A stretch of DNA of 64,000 nucleotides from Candidatus Anderseniibacteriota bacterium (GTDB taxonomy: Bacteria; Patescibacteriota; Andersenbacteria; UBA10190), in contig JAIOOW010000002.1 in the NCBI GenBank assembly GCA_021414205.1, positions 215,062 through 279,061 on the forward strand, in the 5' to 3' direction. Positions 8,905 to 18,021 of the stretch are shown in pieces (positions within the stretch are counted from its first letter, which is position 1; every line of letters starts with the position of its first letter). Both the position numbers and the translations under genes were made by a program. The notes below the pieces were generated by a model. It saw only the letters and a list, made by a program, of their open reading frames with translations. It made no database searches and was not told the origin of the DNA.

Positions 8905-9932
8905 AGAGAAACTACTGTTCGCAGCGCCAGCCCAAGTGCAGTTGCATATCGAACAGATTCTTGAATATTCAATGGGGCATGGGACCGCTCCTTGGCAGAC
9001 AAGATATTAACCCAAGGATTTCCGCGCTCCACATGAATATCTTCAAAATGATGCAAAAATGCCGTATCAAGCCCGGTTAAATTTGAACCTCCGCCTGTCA
9101 TAATAATTTCGCGAACCCTGTGATTCGCATCAATACTGTTATAAAAATCCACAACCCCCTTAATGTCTAGCACCAGCTTGTCGAGCCCTGGCTCAAGCTG
9201 AGGAGTAACCCGCTCAAGCAAGTCAGCTGGAATATTCTGCAAATTCTGCATTAGCTGCTCTCGATCTTGCACGGAAAGTCCTGCTGCTAAATTTTTCACG
9301 CCTTGTTGCAAGCTGGCCGTAAACCTGCTTGCACCTACATCATGCACAATAACATTCGTGGACGTACTTCCGACGTCGACAATAATCACTCCTTGCTTGC
9401 CATATAGCTCCGGCGAGATGAGCGCGCGCACTATTGCTTGGCTCTCCAATTCAAAGGCGGCAACATCTAGCCCAATATCCATTATCACCTCATATAACGG
9501 ATCCACTACTTTTTTCTGGGCAGCGCCCACCTGAACTTCCCTCTTTCCTTCCGCTACCTTATGACCACTGTCCTCGAGAGCCTGCCAATCGATATATACA
9601 CTATCTACGCTAAATGGAATATGCTGAGCAATTTCAAATCGGATCGCCTCCTCAACCTCATCGTCCGACATGTTCGGTAATTCAATAACACGCAAAAACG
9701 ACTGAGTCTCTGGAATAGATACAACAACGGTATCTTTTTTTGAACTATTGATCCTGCAAGAAGATAGCGCCTTCTCAACTGCTTCCTGCATAGCTTTTTT
9801 ATTAATGACAACGCCATTCTCAATAACTCCGGCTGGAATAGTATAAATACATTTTGCAAGCAGGCGACGCACGCTTCCATCGGAAAGCTGCGCGATCTTT
9901 ATCGTTTGATCCGATATGTCTAAACCAATCAT
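8901..9932 (-). CDS. pilM: Type IV pilus assembly protein PilM (actin-like)
   Basis: IGLDISD, VDVGS, MTGGGSNL, ALGLAL; start set at ATG 9932. Confidence 0.93.
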   Translation of the reverse strand: MIGLDISDQTIKIAQLSDGSVRRLLAKCIYTIPAGVIENGVVINKKAMQEAVEKALSSCRINSSKKDTVVVSIPETQSFLRVIELPNMSDDEVEEAIRFEIAQHIPFSVDSVYIDWQALEDSGHKVAEGKREVQVGAAQKKVVDPLYEVIMDIGLDVAAFELESQAIVRALISPELYGKQGVIIVDVGSTSTNVIVHDVGASRFTASLQQGVKNLAAGLSVQDREQLMQNLQNIPADLLERVTPQLEPGLDKLVLDIKGVVDFYNSIDANHRVREIIMTGGGSNLTGLDTAFLHHFEDIHVERGNPWVNILSAKERSHAPLNIQESVRYATALGLALRTVVSL

Positions 9933-9951
9933 AGGATGTATACCTATTGTA

Positions 9952-11322
9952 CTATTTTTGCTGCCAAGACAGAAACTGATATTCCCCTGTTGTCGGAAAA
10001 TACGGAGGGGGACCGTACAGTAAATTCGAATCATACGAAGACGTTCCGCTTTGATATCCTCCTATAACTGCATTGCTCCCATTCACCCATGTAGTAACTG
10101 GTACGAGATTGCTTGCTACCATTCCATACGTAGTAATAGAGTTTCGCAATATATAAGATCCAGTATTGTAATATCGTCGGCCAAACCTGCCATGCTGCGC
10201 TACGAACGCTCCATCCATTTCTAGGTTATTTGCCGCACCGGAATTCGGAATAAGTACATTGCCTTGCGACACCGCGCCGAACTCGCGTGTGCCGTCTTTG
10301 ACGCCGCCATACGTAACACTTCCGTTTATAATAATATCCGTATAGGTACTTGGGTTTTCCGGAAACTTTCCCGATGCAATAGTTACCCTGCTTGCAACAG
10401 TACCCTCAACCCACACAGAATCCTCAAAAAACAATATCCCGCCAGATGGAACAGTTGCCGACGTAACCAGGGACTCCTTCTTAATATCATACGAGGAGCT
10501 CACCCAGCCATCATCAGGGAAATAAGAAGAGATGTTGGATTGCTTACTCGTTACTTTATACAGTGAGTACGTATTATTCGAGTTAAATACAATATGGTAC
10601 CCATATCCTCCAGATGAGCCAAAATACGTATTCGCAGATTGAGCAGCTGCTTTCATGGAAACCAAATCCGCAGTAAGCCCGGCATAATCTACTGAAGAAA
10701 CAGGATATTGCCACAAGGCACTGTTTCCGCCGGACCCCCATACTCCTGGTTTCGTAGGATTCCCGCTGCATCCTTGTGTTGATTTGCACGTATATGTCGC
10801 CTTCGCACTTGTCATCGTGCTATCCGACTGACCATCCATGCGAATTCCGCCATTCGAATGCACTGCCCCCGAAATTGTTTCACCAAACCAAACATCGTCA
10901 TTGAGCAGCATTGCATATTTCGCAAATGACGGCTTTCCGTACGTTGCCTGCAATGTCACATCGCGAACCGGCGCAGTGGCCGTGTGACCAACAGATGTGA
11001 TTTGCACAATAGTGCTCCCATTTTGGGGAGGGACAAATGTAAGCGTATATGTTCCCAACACACCCTTTAGCTGATCGTATACCTGGTTTTGAACAGAGGA
11101 AAAATCGTTTCCGTTATGTGCCAAGCGCCATCGAGCATAATTCAATCCTGATTCCGCAACTTGAAATGCAGTTTCGTCTTGCGCCGTGAGCCCCCCTTGC
11201 TGATACTGCTGATTCGTCACTCCACCCAGCGACACGAACATCACACCGATCATCATGACCAGCACAACCATCATAATTAAAATCGAACCGGATTGTTTTT
11301 GCTTGCTCAGATTTATCTCCAT
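9952..11322 (-). CDS. PilX/GspK-like minor pilin with a large Ser/Thr/Gly-rich C-terminal domain
   Basis: QSGSILIMM prepilin-like N-terminus lacking E5; AFQVAESGLNYA PilX motif. Confidence 0.82.
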   Translation of the reverse strand: MEINLSKQKQSGSILIMMVVLVMMIGVMFVSLGGVTNQQYQQGGLTAQDETAFQVAESGLNYARWRLAHNGNDFSSVQNQVYDQLKGVLGTYTLTFVPPQNGSTIVQITSVGHTATAPVRDVTLQATYGKPSFAKYAMLLNDDVWFGETISGAVHSNGGIRMDGQSDSTMTSAKATYTCKSTQGCSGNPTKPGVWGSGGNSALWQYPVSSVDYAGLTADLVSMKAAAQSANTYFGSSGGYGYHIVFNSNNTYSLYKVTSKQSNISSYFPDDGWVSSSYDIKKESLVTSATVPSGGILFFEDSVWVEGTVASRVTIASGKFPENPSTYTDIIINGSVTYGGVKDGTREFGAVSQGNVLIPNSGAANNLEMDGAFVAQHGRFGRRYYNTGSYILRNSITTYGMVASNLVPVTTWVNGSNAVIGGYQSGTSSYDSNLLYGPPPYFPTTGEYQFLSWQQK

Positions 11323-12641
11323 GATGGAATGCTAAACAGCATCGTTTGCCAAAATGGCGGAATCGGATAGCCATATGTAAGAGGACTGATATACAAAAAT
11401 CCCAAGAATATAACGATACATGCCGTAATCACAAATTCTTTTTTGCGCACCACATGCTTATCCATCCACCAAATGGCAATAATGATCGAAAACACTAGTG
11501 GCGTAAGATAATGATATAAAAACAGTACGCGAGGAACGCGCATAAGTGGAACATACGCCCAGAGATAACCTACAATCATCAGCCAGACGTATCCCGAATT
11601 CTTGATAGATATTTTTTTCCTTTGAATACCCGATACGATCATAGCAAGCATCGCAATGCAGAAAAATATGAATCCCCCCCACCACACTGCCGGATTACCC
11701 AATAGGTACACAAACTGATTCCCGGAATTTCCTTGCCAATAAAATACCGGACGAATCATAAACGGCCACGTCCACCATTTACTTCCATATGGATGCCCGG
11801 CCGTTAAATTATAGTTTGCAGAAATCATTTCTTGGTGAATAGAGATAATGTCTTGTGCAAAATTTCCTGTTGGAACCCCCCATACATCCCCAGAGCCCGG
11901 AAGAGTAAGTATTGAAAAATGAATTGCCCAAGCACCTAGATACACCACTATTGCACACACTCCCACGATAATCGCCTTTGCTGCCCACGATGCGACTACT
12001 ACCCTTTTTTTCTTCCACGCTTCAACAATCCACAATATAATCACAAGCCCCCCTGCAATAAGGCCGGTAAATTTTATTCCCATAGAAGCGCCTGCCAGGA
12101 TTCCCGTAAGAATTACAAATATCCATGATGCTAGCTTGCTACGGACCTTAATGCTCGCAATTGCCGATGCAATAGTCCCAAACGTTGCAACAAGCAGAAT
12201 GTTATCCATCAAAATAAATCTAGATTCAACGATGAGTGCATTATCGAGCGCAATGGCAACGCCACCTAACAACGCAAACAATCTTGAGACATTCATCAGA
12301 CGCAACAATATAAATATCACTCCTGCTAATACCGTCCCAAATAATGCGGGTACCAACCGAATGCCCGCAATAGGAACGTTCGTGAACGGCTGACCAATAT
12401 ACTCAAATGGAAACAAGCCGTTATACCCAGACAGGTACGCTCCAAATGCTATAACTAATTTTCCAATCGGTGGATGAATATCGAAAAATCGCTCATGCGT
12501 ACAACAGTATGCAGAAACAAATTTTCCAAAATGCACTTCATCAAATACGACTTGCGGGATATACGACAAAAACAACACACGAGCAAGCAGCGCAACTATA
12601 ACAACAACTAGTACTGCCAGAATGTCTTTTTTAGTAATCAT
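11313..12641 (-). CDS. Dolichyl/polyprenyl-phosphate-mannose:protein O-mannosyltransferase (PMT, GT39)
   Basis: VFDEVHFGKF, FFDIHPPIGK, HPYGSKWWTWPFMIRP, LGNPAVWW, RVLFLYHYL; multi-TM; no MIR domain. Confidence 0.9.
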   Translation of the reverse strand: MITKKDILAVLVVVIVALLARVLFLSYIPQVVFDEVHFGKFVSAYCCTHERFFDIHPPIGKLVIAFGAYLSGYNGLFPFEYIGQPFTNVPIAGIRLVPALFGTVLAGVIFILLRLMNVSRLFALLGGVAIALDNALIVESRFILMDNILLVATFGTIASAIASIKVRSKLASWIFVILTGILAGASMGIKFTGLIAGGLVIILWIVEAWKKKRVVVASWAAKAIIVGVCAIVVYLGAWAIHFSILTLPGSGDVWGVPTGNFAQDIISIHQEMISANYNLTAGHPYGSKWWTWPFMIRPVFYWQGNSGNQFVYLLGNPAVWWGGFIFFCIAMLAMIVSGIQRKKISIKNSGYVWLMIVGYLWAYVPLMRVPRVLFLYHYLTPLVFSIIIAIWWMDKHVVRKKEFVITACIVIFLGFLYISPLTYGYPIPPFWQTMLFSIPSWR

Positions 12642-13228
12642 AGATTTGTTTTAAGATTCCTAAGCTGAACTTGCGATTGAAGGGTAACTGCTGGCGGATC
12701 CTGGGTAGTATCCGCATCAATGGTAAGGGTAAATGAAATATACGTAATACTCGCAATGTTCGTTCCCGATACCTGGGATTGGTTCGTAGGATAGTTACTT
12801 CCATAATAGTAAAATACTGGATTTGCGCCATTTCGAACAGACCGAGCAATGGTGGTTACTTTCTCCTGAGCAGTATTATAGGTAGCCGGGCTTCCACTTG
12901 GCTTTGTAACCCCTCGAACTAAATCGGTTCCGACGAGCTCGTATCTGATTCGCTCAATCGACGCGTCGCTATCTGCATTTGCATAAAAAATAAAACGCGA
13001 CGACGATGCTTCTATAATAGGAAATGCCCCTGTATCTGACGGCTGAGCAGAACGAATTTCGTGGGTCATTCTCTTTAATTGCACACGAGCAGTTTCATCT
13101 GCAAGCTCTTGTTCAAACGTCGACCGATATATCGGCAAGGCGCCTGCCATAAATCGGATAAGCCCCATAATAAGCAAACTTGATATGGCAATTACTACCA
13201 CTACTTCAACTAATGTAAACCCTTTCAT
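12638..13228 (-). CDS. Minor pilin (PilW/GspJ-like)
   Basis: KGFTLVEVVVV class III signal. Confidence 0.9.
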   Translation of the reverse strand: MKGFTLVEVVVVIAISSLLIMGLIRFMAGALPIYRSTFEQELADETARVQLKRMTHEIRSAQPSDTGAFPIIEASSSRFIFYANADSDASIERIRYELVGTDLVRGVTKPSGSPATYNTAQEKVTTIARSVRNGANPVFYYYGSNYPTNQSQVSGTNIASITYISFTLTIDADTTQDPPAVTLQSQVQLRNLKTNL

Positions 13229-13229
13229 A

Positions 13230-14549
13230 TCAAGAACCTGCCAACTGAATAGTACTATTCACATTCCCATCAACCGTAATAGTGCCCGTATACACTTGGT
13301 ATCCGCTCGCAGTAGCAGTTACGGCATAATCGCCAGATTGCGTCATCGTATTCAAGAACACCTGTCCAGTTGCACCTGTTTGCTTGGTTACATCAAACCC
13401 GTTTTTAACCACCTCGACCGCAACACCAGATACTGACTGCCCGCTCGCATTTACAACAGTTATATGCGCAGACAATGCCTGATGCGGCATCAAGGTTACC
13501 GTAAGCGTAGTATCATCGCCAGGCTTCAACACAAGAGGAACAGGCACGCTTGTATCAGAAATATCATATCCTGTTGCAGTACCGTCAACTGAAAGCGCAT
13601 ATGAATCCCACGTCATGTTTTGATACGCAATGGATCCGCCGGAATCAGTGGTGTCATTGTGAGAGAACAGATATACGGGTTGCGCAGTTGCGTCTGTCCC
13701 AATTTTCTTTGTCCCAGTAATACTAAATGGGACAGATCCCAAGGCAGCCCCATTCTGATCCACCGTCTTAATTGTAAGCTTGCTTGAGGCGTCTATCGCA
13801 AATGTTTTATTCGTCACCGATCCGGCAATTGCATTCAGTCGAGAATGGTCGGCATCAGGAGTAAAATTAGCAGAAGATGCATAAGTTTGTTCTGTTGTAT
13901 ACCCCGACTTCGAAACGGTTAACTGATATGTGCCAGAGGAAACTGGTAAACCAGGTATAACGACTTGCCCACTGGAGTTTGTATATGTTGTAAGATTAAC
14001 AGTCGGCGTCACGGAGCTATTCGTAAGCTGCACAGTAGCTGAATCGACTCCTGTTCCCGCAGAATTCAACGCCTGAAACACTAACGTACCAAGCGAATCA
14101 CCACCCTCGATACCGCTCGGAGCGACCTGTGCGATGAGCAATACTGATCTGCTTGGCAAAGAGCTGGCCCACGTAACCTCCACTCGAGCCTGTTTATAAT
14201 CCGTATTGACCGTGTCCGGGGGATTACTCGTTGCAGTTCCATCATATGAATCGTCGATGTATCGTATATCGGTTGCGACTGTAAACGTTTGGCCGTTTCT
14301 GGTAACTTGCTGTGTCTGAGGAATAGAACCTGACGGTATTCCACCAACGGTTCCAACGCTTGCATAGGGCAAATTACGAATCTGCTCCATTTTCTCATTC
14401 GCCAGTCCAGTAGCAATAATGCGCAACTGACCGTCATGCGAAGCTTTTAATGTAAGCGTGATCATGGAAAAGATACCGACAACTACCGTTCCGAGCACAA
14501 ACCCCGCAATAACAACTTCTAGCAATGTAAACCCAGATTTAGATGACAT
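13230..14549 (-). CDS. Minor pilin (PilV-like) with tandem prealbumin/carboxypeptidase-regulatory-like beta domains
   Basis: SGFTLLEVVIA; repeated TNSSGQ / YQLTVSKSGY / YAVTATASGY motifs. Confidence 0.88.
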   Translation of the reverse strand: MSSKSGFTLLEVVIAGFVLGTVVVGIFSMITLTLKASHDGQLRIIATGLANEKMEQIRNLPYASVGTVGGIPSGSIPQTQQVTRNGQTFTVATDIRYIDDSYDGTATSNPPDTVNTDYKQARVEVTWASSLPSRSVLLIAQVAPSGIEGGDSLGTLVFQALNSAGTGVDSATVQLTNSSVTPTVNLTTYTNSSGQVVIPGLPVSSGTYQLTVSKSGYTTEQTYASSANFTPDADHSRLNAIAGSVTNKTFAIDASSKLTIKTVDQNGAALGSVPFSITGTKKIGTDATAQPVYLFSHNDTTDSGGSIAYQNMTWDSYALSVDGTATGYDISDTSVPVPLVLKPGDDTTLTVTLMPHQALSAHITVVNASGQSVSGVAVEVVKNGFDVTKQTGATGQVFLNTMTQSGDYAVTATASGYQVYTGTITVDGNVNSTIQLAGS

Positions 14550-15750
14550 TCACCAAACTATAAATAGGAGAAATAATTGATATTGCCAATGCCCCTACCG
14601 CAAGCCCAATCGCAATCATCAACACCGGCTCCATAATCGATGTGAGGTTTTTCATCGTTTGATCTACTTCACCTTCATAAAACGACGCAACCTCCTTCAG
14701 CACTTCTGCGAGCTCTCCTGTTTGTTCGCCAACACTCATAATACTCACCACAAGAGGAGGAAACAATCTCGCATAATTCAAAAAATAATCGCTCAATAAA
14801 TTGCCTTTCTTTACATGTTCCTCAGCTCCAATAAAAATGCTGGCATACACAGGATTCGCAGTATTTTTTCCCATAATAAGCAACGCTTCCGTAAATGCCA
14901 CTCCGCTCGATAATAATGAACTTAAGTTTCTACTCAAGCGAGCTACGTTTATCTGTTTTATAATCGGACCAACCACCGGAGAGATCAAGAATGCTCTTGC
15001 AATAAGCATACGGCCCGATGTCGTCGTTGACATGAGGCGGAATCCAATACTAAGAAGTACGCACACGCCCAGCGCAATGTACCAATAGGAGGAAATCCAT
15101 GAACTGGTGCCCAACAATATGCGGGTCATTAACGGCAACTGAACGTGAAATCCATTAAAGATATCTACCAGCTTTGGTACAACGAAAATCATCATTGCGG
15201 CCCCCACTGAAAAAAGCGCCGTAATGATGACGGCCGGATACATCATCCCGCCCTGAATCGCTCTGCGCAATTCAAATTCTTTTTGAAGCTGCAACGCTAA
15301 TATCTCCAGCGTTTCTTGCAATTTTCCCGTTGCTTCTCCAACGCCCACAAAACTTACGAATAGGCTTGGAAATGCTTTAGGGTATGGTCGCATACTTTCC
15401 GAAAGCGTCTTTCCCTTTTCAATTCCTTCCACCACGCTTGTAATGGAGTTTTTCAACGTTAGATTTTTCGTCTGGTTTTTCAGCGTTTCCAGCGACTGCT
15501 TCACATCAAGACCCGCTCGCAACATGAGCGCAAAATATCGTGCAAATAATACCCTTTCCAAAACAGGAACATGGGAAATGATGCCGTTTATAGACATCGC
15601 CGAAGATTCTTTATGCTCCTTATATGATGTCAGCAAAATCCCCTCTTTGAGCAAATCTTGCCCAAGTACCGCATGCGATACCGCATCGCGAACCCCTGTT
15701 GCGCGCTCCCCAGTCCTTGCATGCACTCCCTTAAAAATATACTGAGCCAT
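14539..15750 (-). CDS. pilC: Type IV pilus platform protein PilC/GspF
   Basis: GEATGKL, MMYP, VGEQTGEL, MEPVLMI, PIYSL. Confidence 0.95.
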   Translation of the reverse strand: MAQYIFKGVHARTGERATGVRDAVSHAVLGQDLLKEGILLTSYKEHKESSAMSINGIISHVPVLERVLFARYFALMLRAGLDVKQSLETLKNQTKNLTLKNSITSVVEGIEKGKTLSESMRPYPKAFPSLFVSFVGVGEATGKLQETLEILALQLQKEFELRRAIQGGMMYPAVIITALFSVGAAMMIFVVPKLVDIFNGFHVQLPLMTRILLGTSSWISSYWYIALGVCVLLSIGFRLMSTTTSGRMLIARAFLISPVVGPIIKQINVARLSRNLSSLLSSGVAFTEALLIMGKNTANPVYASIFIGAEEHVKKGNLLSDYFLNYARLFPPLVVSIMSVGEQTGELAEVLKEVASFYEGEVDQTMKNLTSIMEPVLMIAIGLAVGALAISIISPIYSLVNVI

Positions 15751-15754
15751 ATAA

Positions 15755-17491
15755 TTATTCTTTTGCTACTCGAAGAACTTCTTCTAAACTGGTAATTCCG
15801 CGCGCTACCTTGATAATACCATCCTCTAACATGCTTACCATTCCCTGCTCTTCCCGGGCAGCTGTTTCAAGTTCATGAGCCGTGATATTTCCCGTGACCA
15901 TCTTTTGTAAAGATGGAGTCATTTCAAACATTTCATGGATTCCTTTCCTACTCTTGTATCCCTCATGACACCTGTCGCATCCCACAGCTTCGAATAACGA
16001 CACATCTTCCCATGTTCCGCCTCCTTGAACCACTCCCTCTTGTTTTAATAATTCAAGCATATGATCAGCATCGACAATATCCGCAATGCTTGTTTTCATA
16101 GCATCCGTTACGCGCACTTCTTTTTTACAAGAGTCGCATAATTGTCGAACCAATCGCTGCGCAACAACGACGTTGATTGTAGACGCAAGCAAGAATGGTT
16201 CCACTTTCATGTCCATTAATCGCGGAATTGCACCCGTAGCACTATTAGTATGCAATGTAGACAATACCAAATGGCCGGTTAAAGCAGCATTTACTGCCAA
16301 TGATGCAGTTTCTTGGTCTCGAATTTCTCCAACCATAATAATATCCGGATCTTGACGAACAAGCGCTCGCAAACCATTTGAAAACGTCAATCCGATTTTT
16401 GGCTGAACCTGAGTTTGGTTCACGCGCTTCATCCGATATTCAATCGGATCTTCTATGGTACTGATATTCACGTCTTTAGTATTGAGCTCTCGCAGTACTG
16501 CATACAACGTAGTCGTTTTTCCAGATCCCGTTGGACCTGTAACCAAAATCATTCCATTGGGCTTTGCAATATTGTTGCGAAACATGTCTATATTTCTTTT
16601 CGACAGCCCAATTCGATCTATCGTGAGTCCATTTCCCGATTCATCTAGCAGACGCATGACGATTTTTTCTCCATCGAATACCGGGAGCGTAGATACGCGA
16701 AACGCCACATTATAATCATCGCTCTCCATTTTAAAGCGACCATCCTGAGGCAGCCGGTGTTCGTCAATCTTTAAATTGCTTAAAATCTTTATGCGCGCAA
16801 CCACTCCAGCAAGCACCGTTTTTGGCAACACCATCATATCGTGCAATATCCCGTCTATACGATATCTCACAACAACGGCATCTTCAGTAGGCTCTATATG
16901 AATATCTGAAGCATCTTTTCCAATAGCATGCCGCAACACTGCATCAACTATTTTAATAATGGGCAGGTCTTCAGCAACCTTCGATAAATCAGTATCCGTA
17001 TTACTCATTCTTACTCCTCGAGCCTCTTTCATAATCTGATCAAGGTCCGCCTCCAGCGACCCTGCATATTTCGGAAACACGTCCCTAATCGCAGAAGAAC
17101 TTGCGATGCTTACGATAACTGCAACATCTACTTTTTTGTGAATAAACTCAATAATCTGCCGATCTGCCGGATCTTCCATTGCAATAAGTAATCCTGCGTC
17201 CGTTTTATCATACGCAATCACCATGTGCTGGCGCGCAGTAGATTCTGGAATAATTTCCAATACCTCTTTTTTTATTTGGATAGACCTCAAATCTACGTAT
17301 GAAAGGCTCATTGCATTTGCATATGCCTTTGCATAATCCTCTTCACCGACCGCAAATTTGCCAATCAGCGTATTCTTGAGCGTCTCTTTTCCTTCTTTTG
17401 CCTCCACAATTGCGCGCGCAGCATCTTCTGCAGAAATTTTCTGCAGCTCAACAAGGATATGCAATACTTTTTCGTCAACCCCCTCTGCCAT
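15755..17491 (-). CDS. pilB: Type IV pilus assembly ATPase PilB/GspE
   Basis: ASDIHIEP, GPTGSGKTTT, RQDPDIIMVGEIRD, TGHLVLSTLH, two CxxC pairs; start probably ATG 17491. Confidence 0.95.
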   Translation of the reverse strand: MAEGVDEKVLHILVELQKISAEDAARAIVEAKEGKETLKNTLIGKFAVGEEDYAKAYANAMSLSYVDLRSIQIKKEVLEIIPESTARQHMVIAYDKTDAGLLIAMEDPADRQIIEFIHKKVDVAVIVSIASSSAIRDVFPKYAGSLEADLDQIMKEARGVRMSNTDTDLSKVAEDLPIIKIVDAVLRHAIGKDASDIHIEPTEDAVVVRYRIDGILHDMMVLPKTVLAGVVARIKILSNLKIDEHRLPQDGRFKMESDDYNVAFRVSTLPVFDGEKIVMRLLDESGNGLTIDRIGLSKRNIDMFRNNIAKPNGMILVTGPTGSGKTTTLYAVLRELNTKDVNISTIEDPIEYRMKRVNQTQVQPKIGLTFSNGLRALVRQDPDIIMVGEIRDQETASLAVNAALTGHLVLSTLHTNSATGAIPRLMDMKVEPFLLASTINVVVAQRLVRQLCDSCKKEVRVTDAMKTSIADIVDADHMLELLKQEGVVQGGGTWEDVSLFEAVGCDRCHEGYKSRKGIHEMFEMTPSLQKMVTGNITAHELETAAREEQGMVSMLEDGIIKVARGITSLEEVLRVAKE

Positions 17492-17515
17492 ACTCACTAG
17501 TATAGCAGATAGTGC

Positions 17516-17986
17516 TTACTGTACGGTAATTGTTGCGTGAAATGCTGCATGCAAATGGTCATGCATGCCGAACGTTCCAACTTTCACAAATGTAAATCGA
17601 TAAAAGTCGCCGGGCGCAAGCGCATGCTTTGAATCGAATCCTGGCAGATCAGTATGGATCGGGTGCGGATCGGACGCTGGCCAGTGAGGCGAAGTGCCCG
17701 TATTTTTAAACGTTATCGTTGTTCCAGATTTTACCGTAATAGCATTTGGGACAATTCCAGCATCAGTCATTTCAACAACCGGATTTTCCGCTGCCATTAC
17801 ATCAGGTGTTATACTTGGCGCTTGTTGCACCAAAACCCCCGACGGAGAAGACGACGGCTCAGACGTAGGATTGGCATGAATATTTATAGCCTCATCATCT
17901 TGCCCTCTATGACTCATAACGTAGGCACCTGCGCCTATAATAATAACGGCGATAATAAGTAACGATATTGTAGTTGATGTTTTCAT
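17516..17986 (-). CDS. Membrane-anchored cupredoxin/plastocyanin-like protein
   Basis: TM, Pro/Ser linker, PNAITVKSGTTITFKN, HWPASDPHPIH, FGMHDHLH, TITVQ. Confidence 0.8.
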   Translation of the reverse strand: MKTSTTISLLIIAVIIIGAGAYVMSHRGQDDEAINIHANPTSEPSSSPSGVLVQQAPSITPDVMAAENPVVEMTDAGIVPNAITVKSGTTITFKNTGTSPHWPASDPHPIHTDLPGFDSKHALAPGDFYRFTFVKVGTFGMHDHLHAAFHATITVQ

Positions 17987-18021
17987 ACAATAACTATACC
18001 CCCGTATGCTATACTTTGGCC

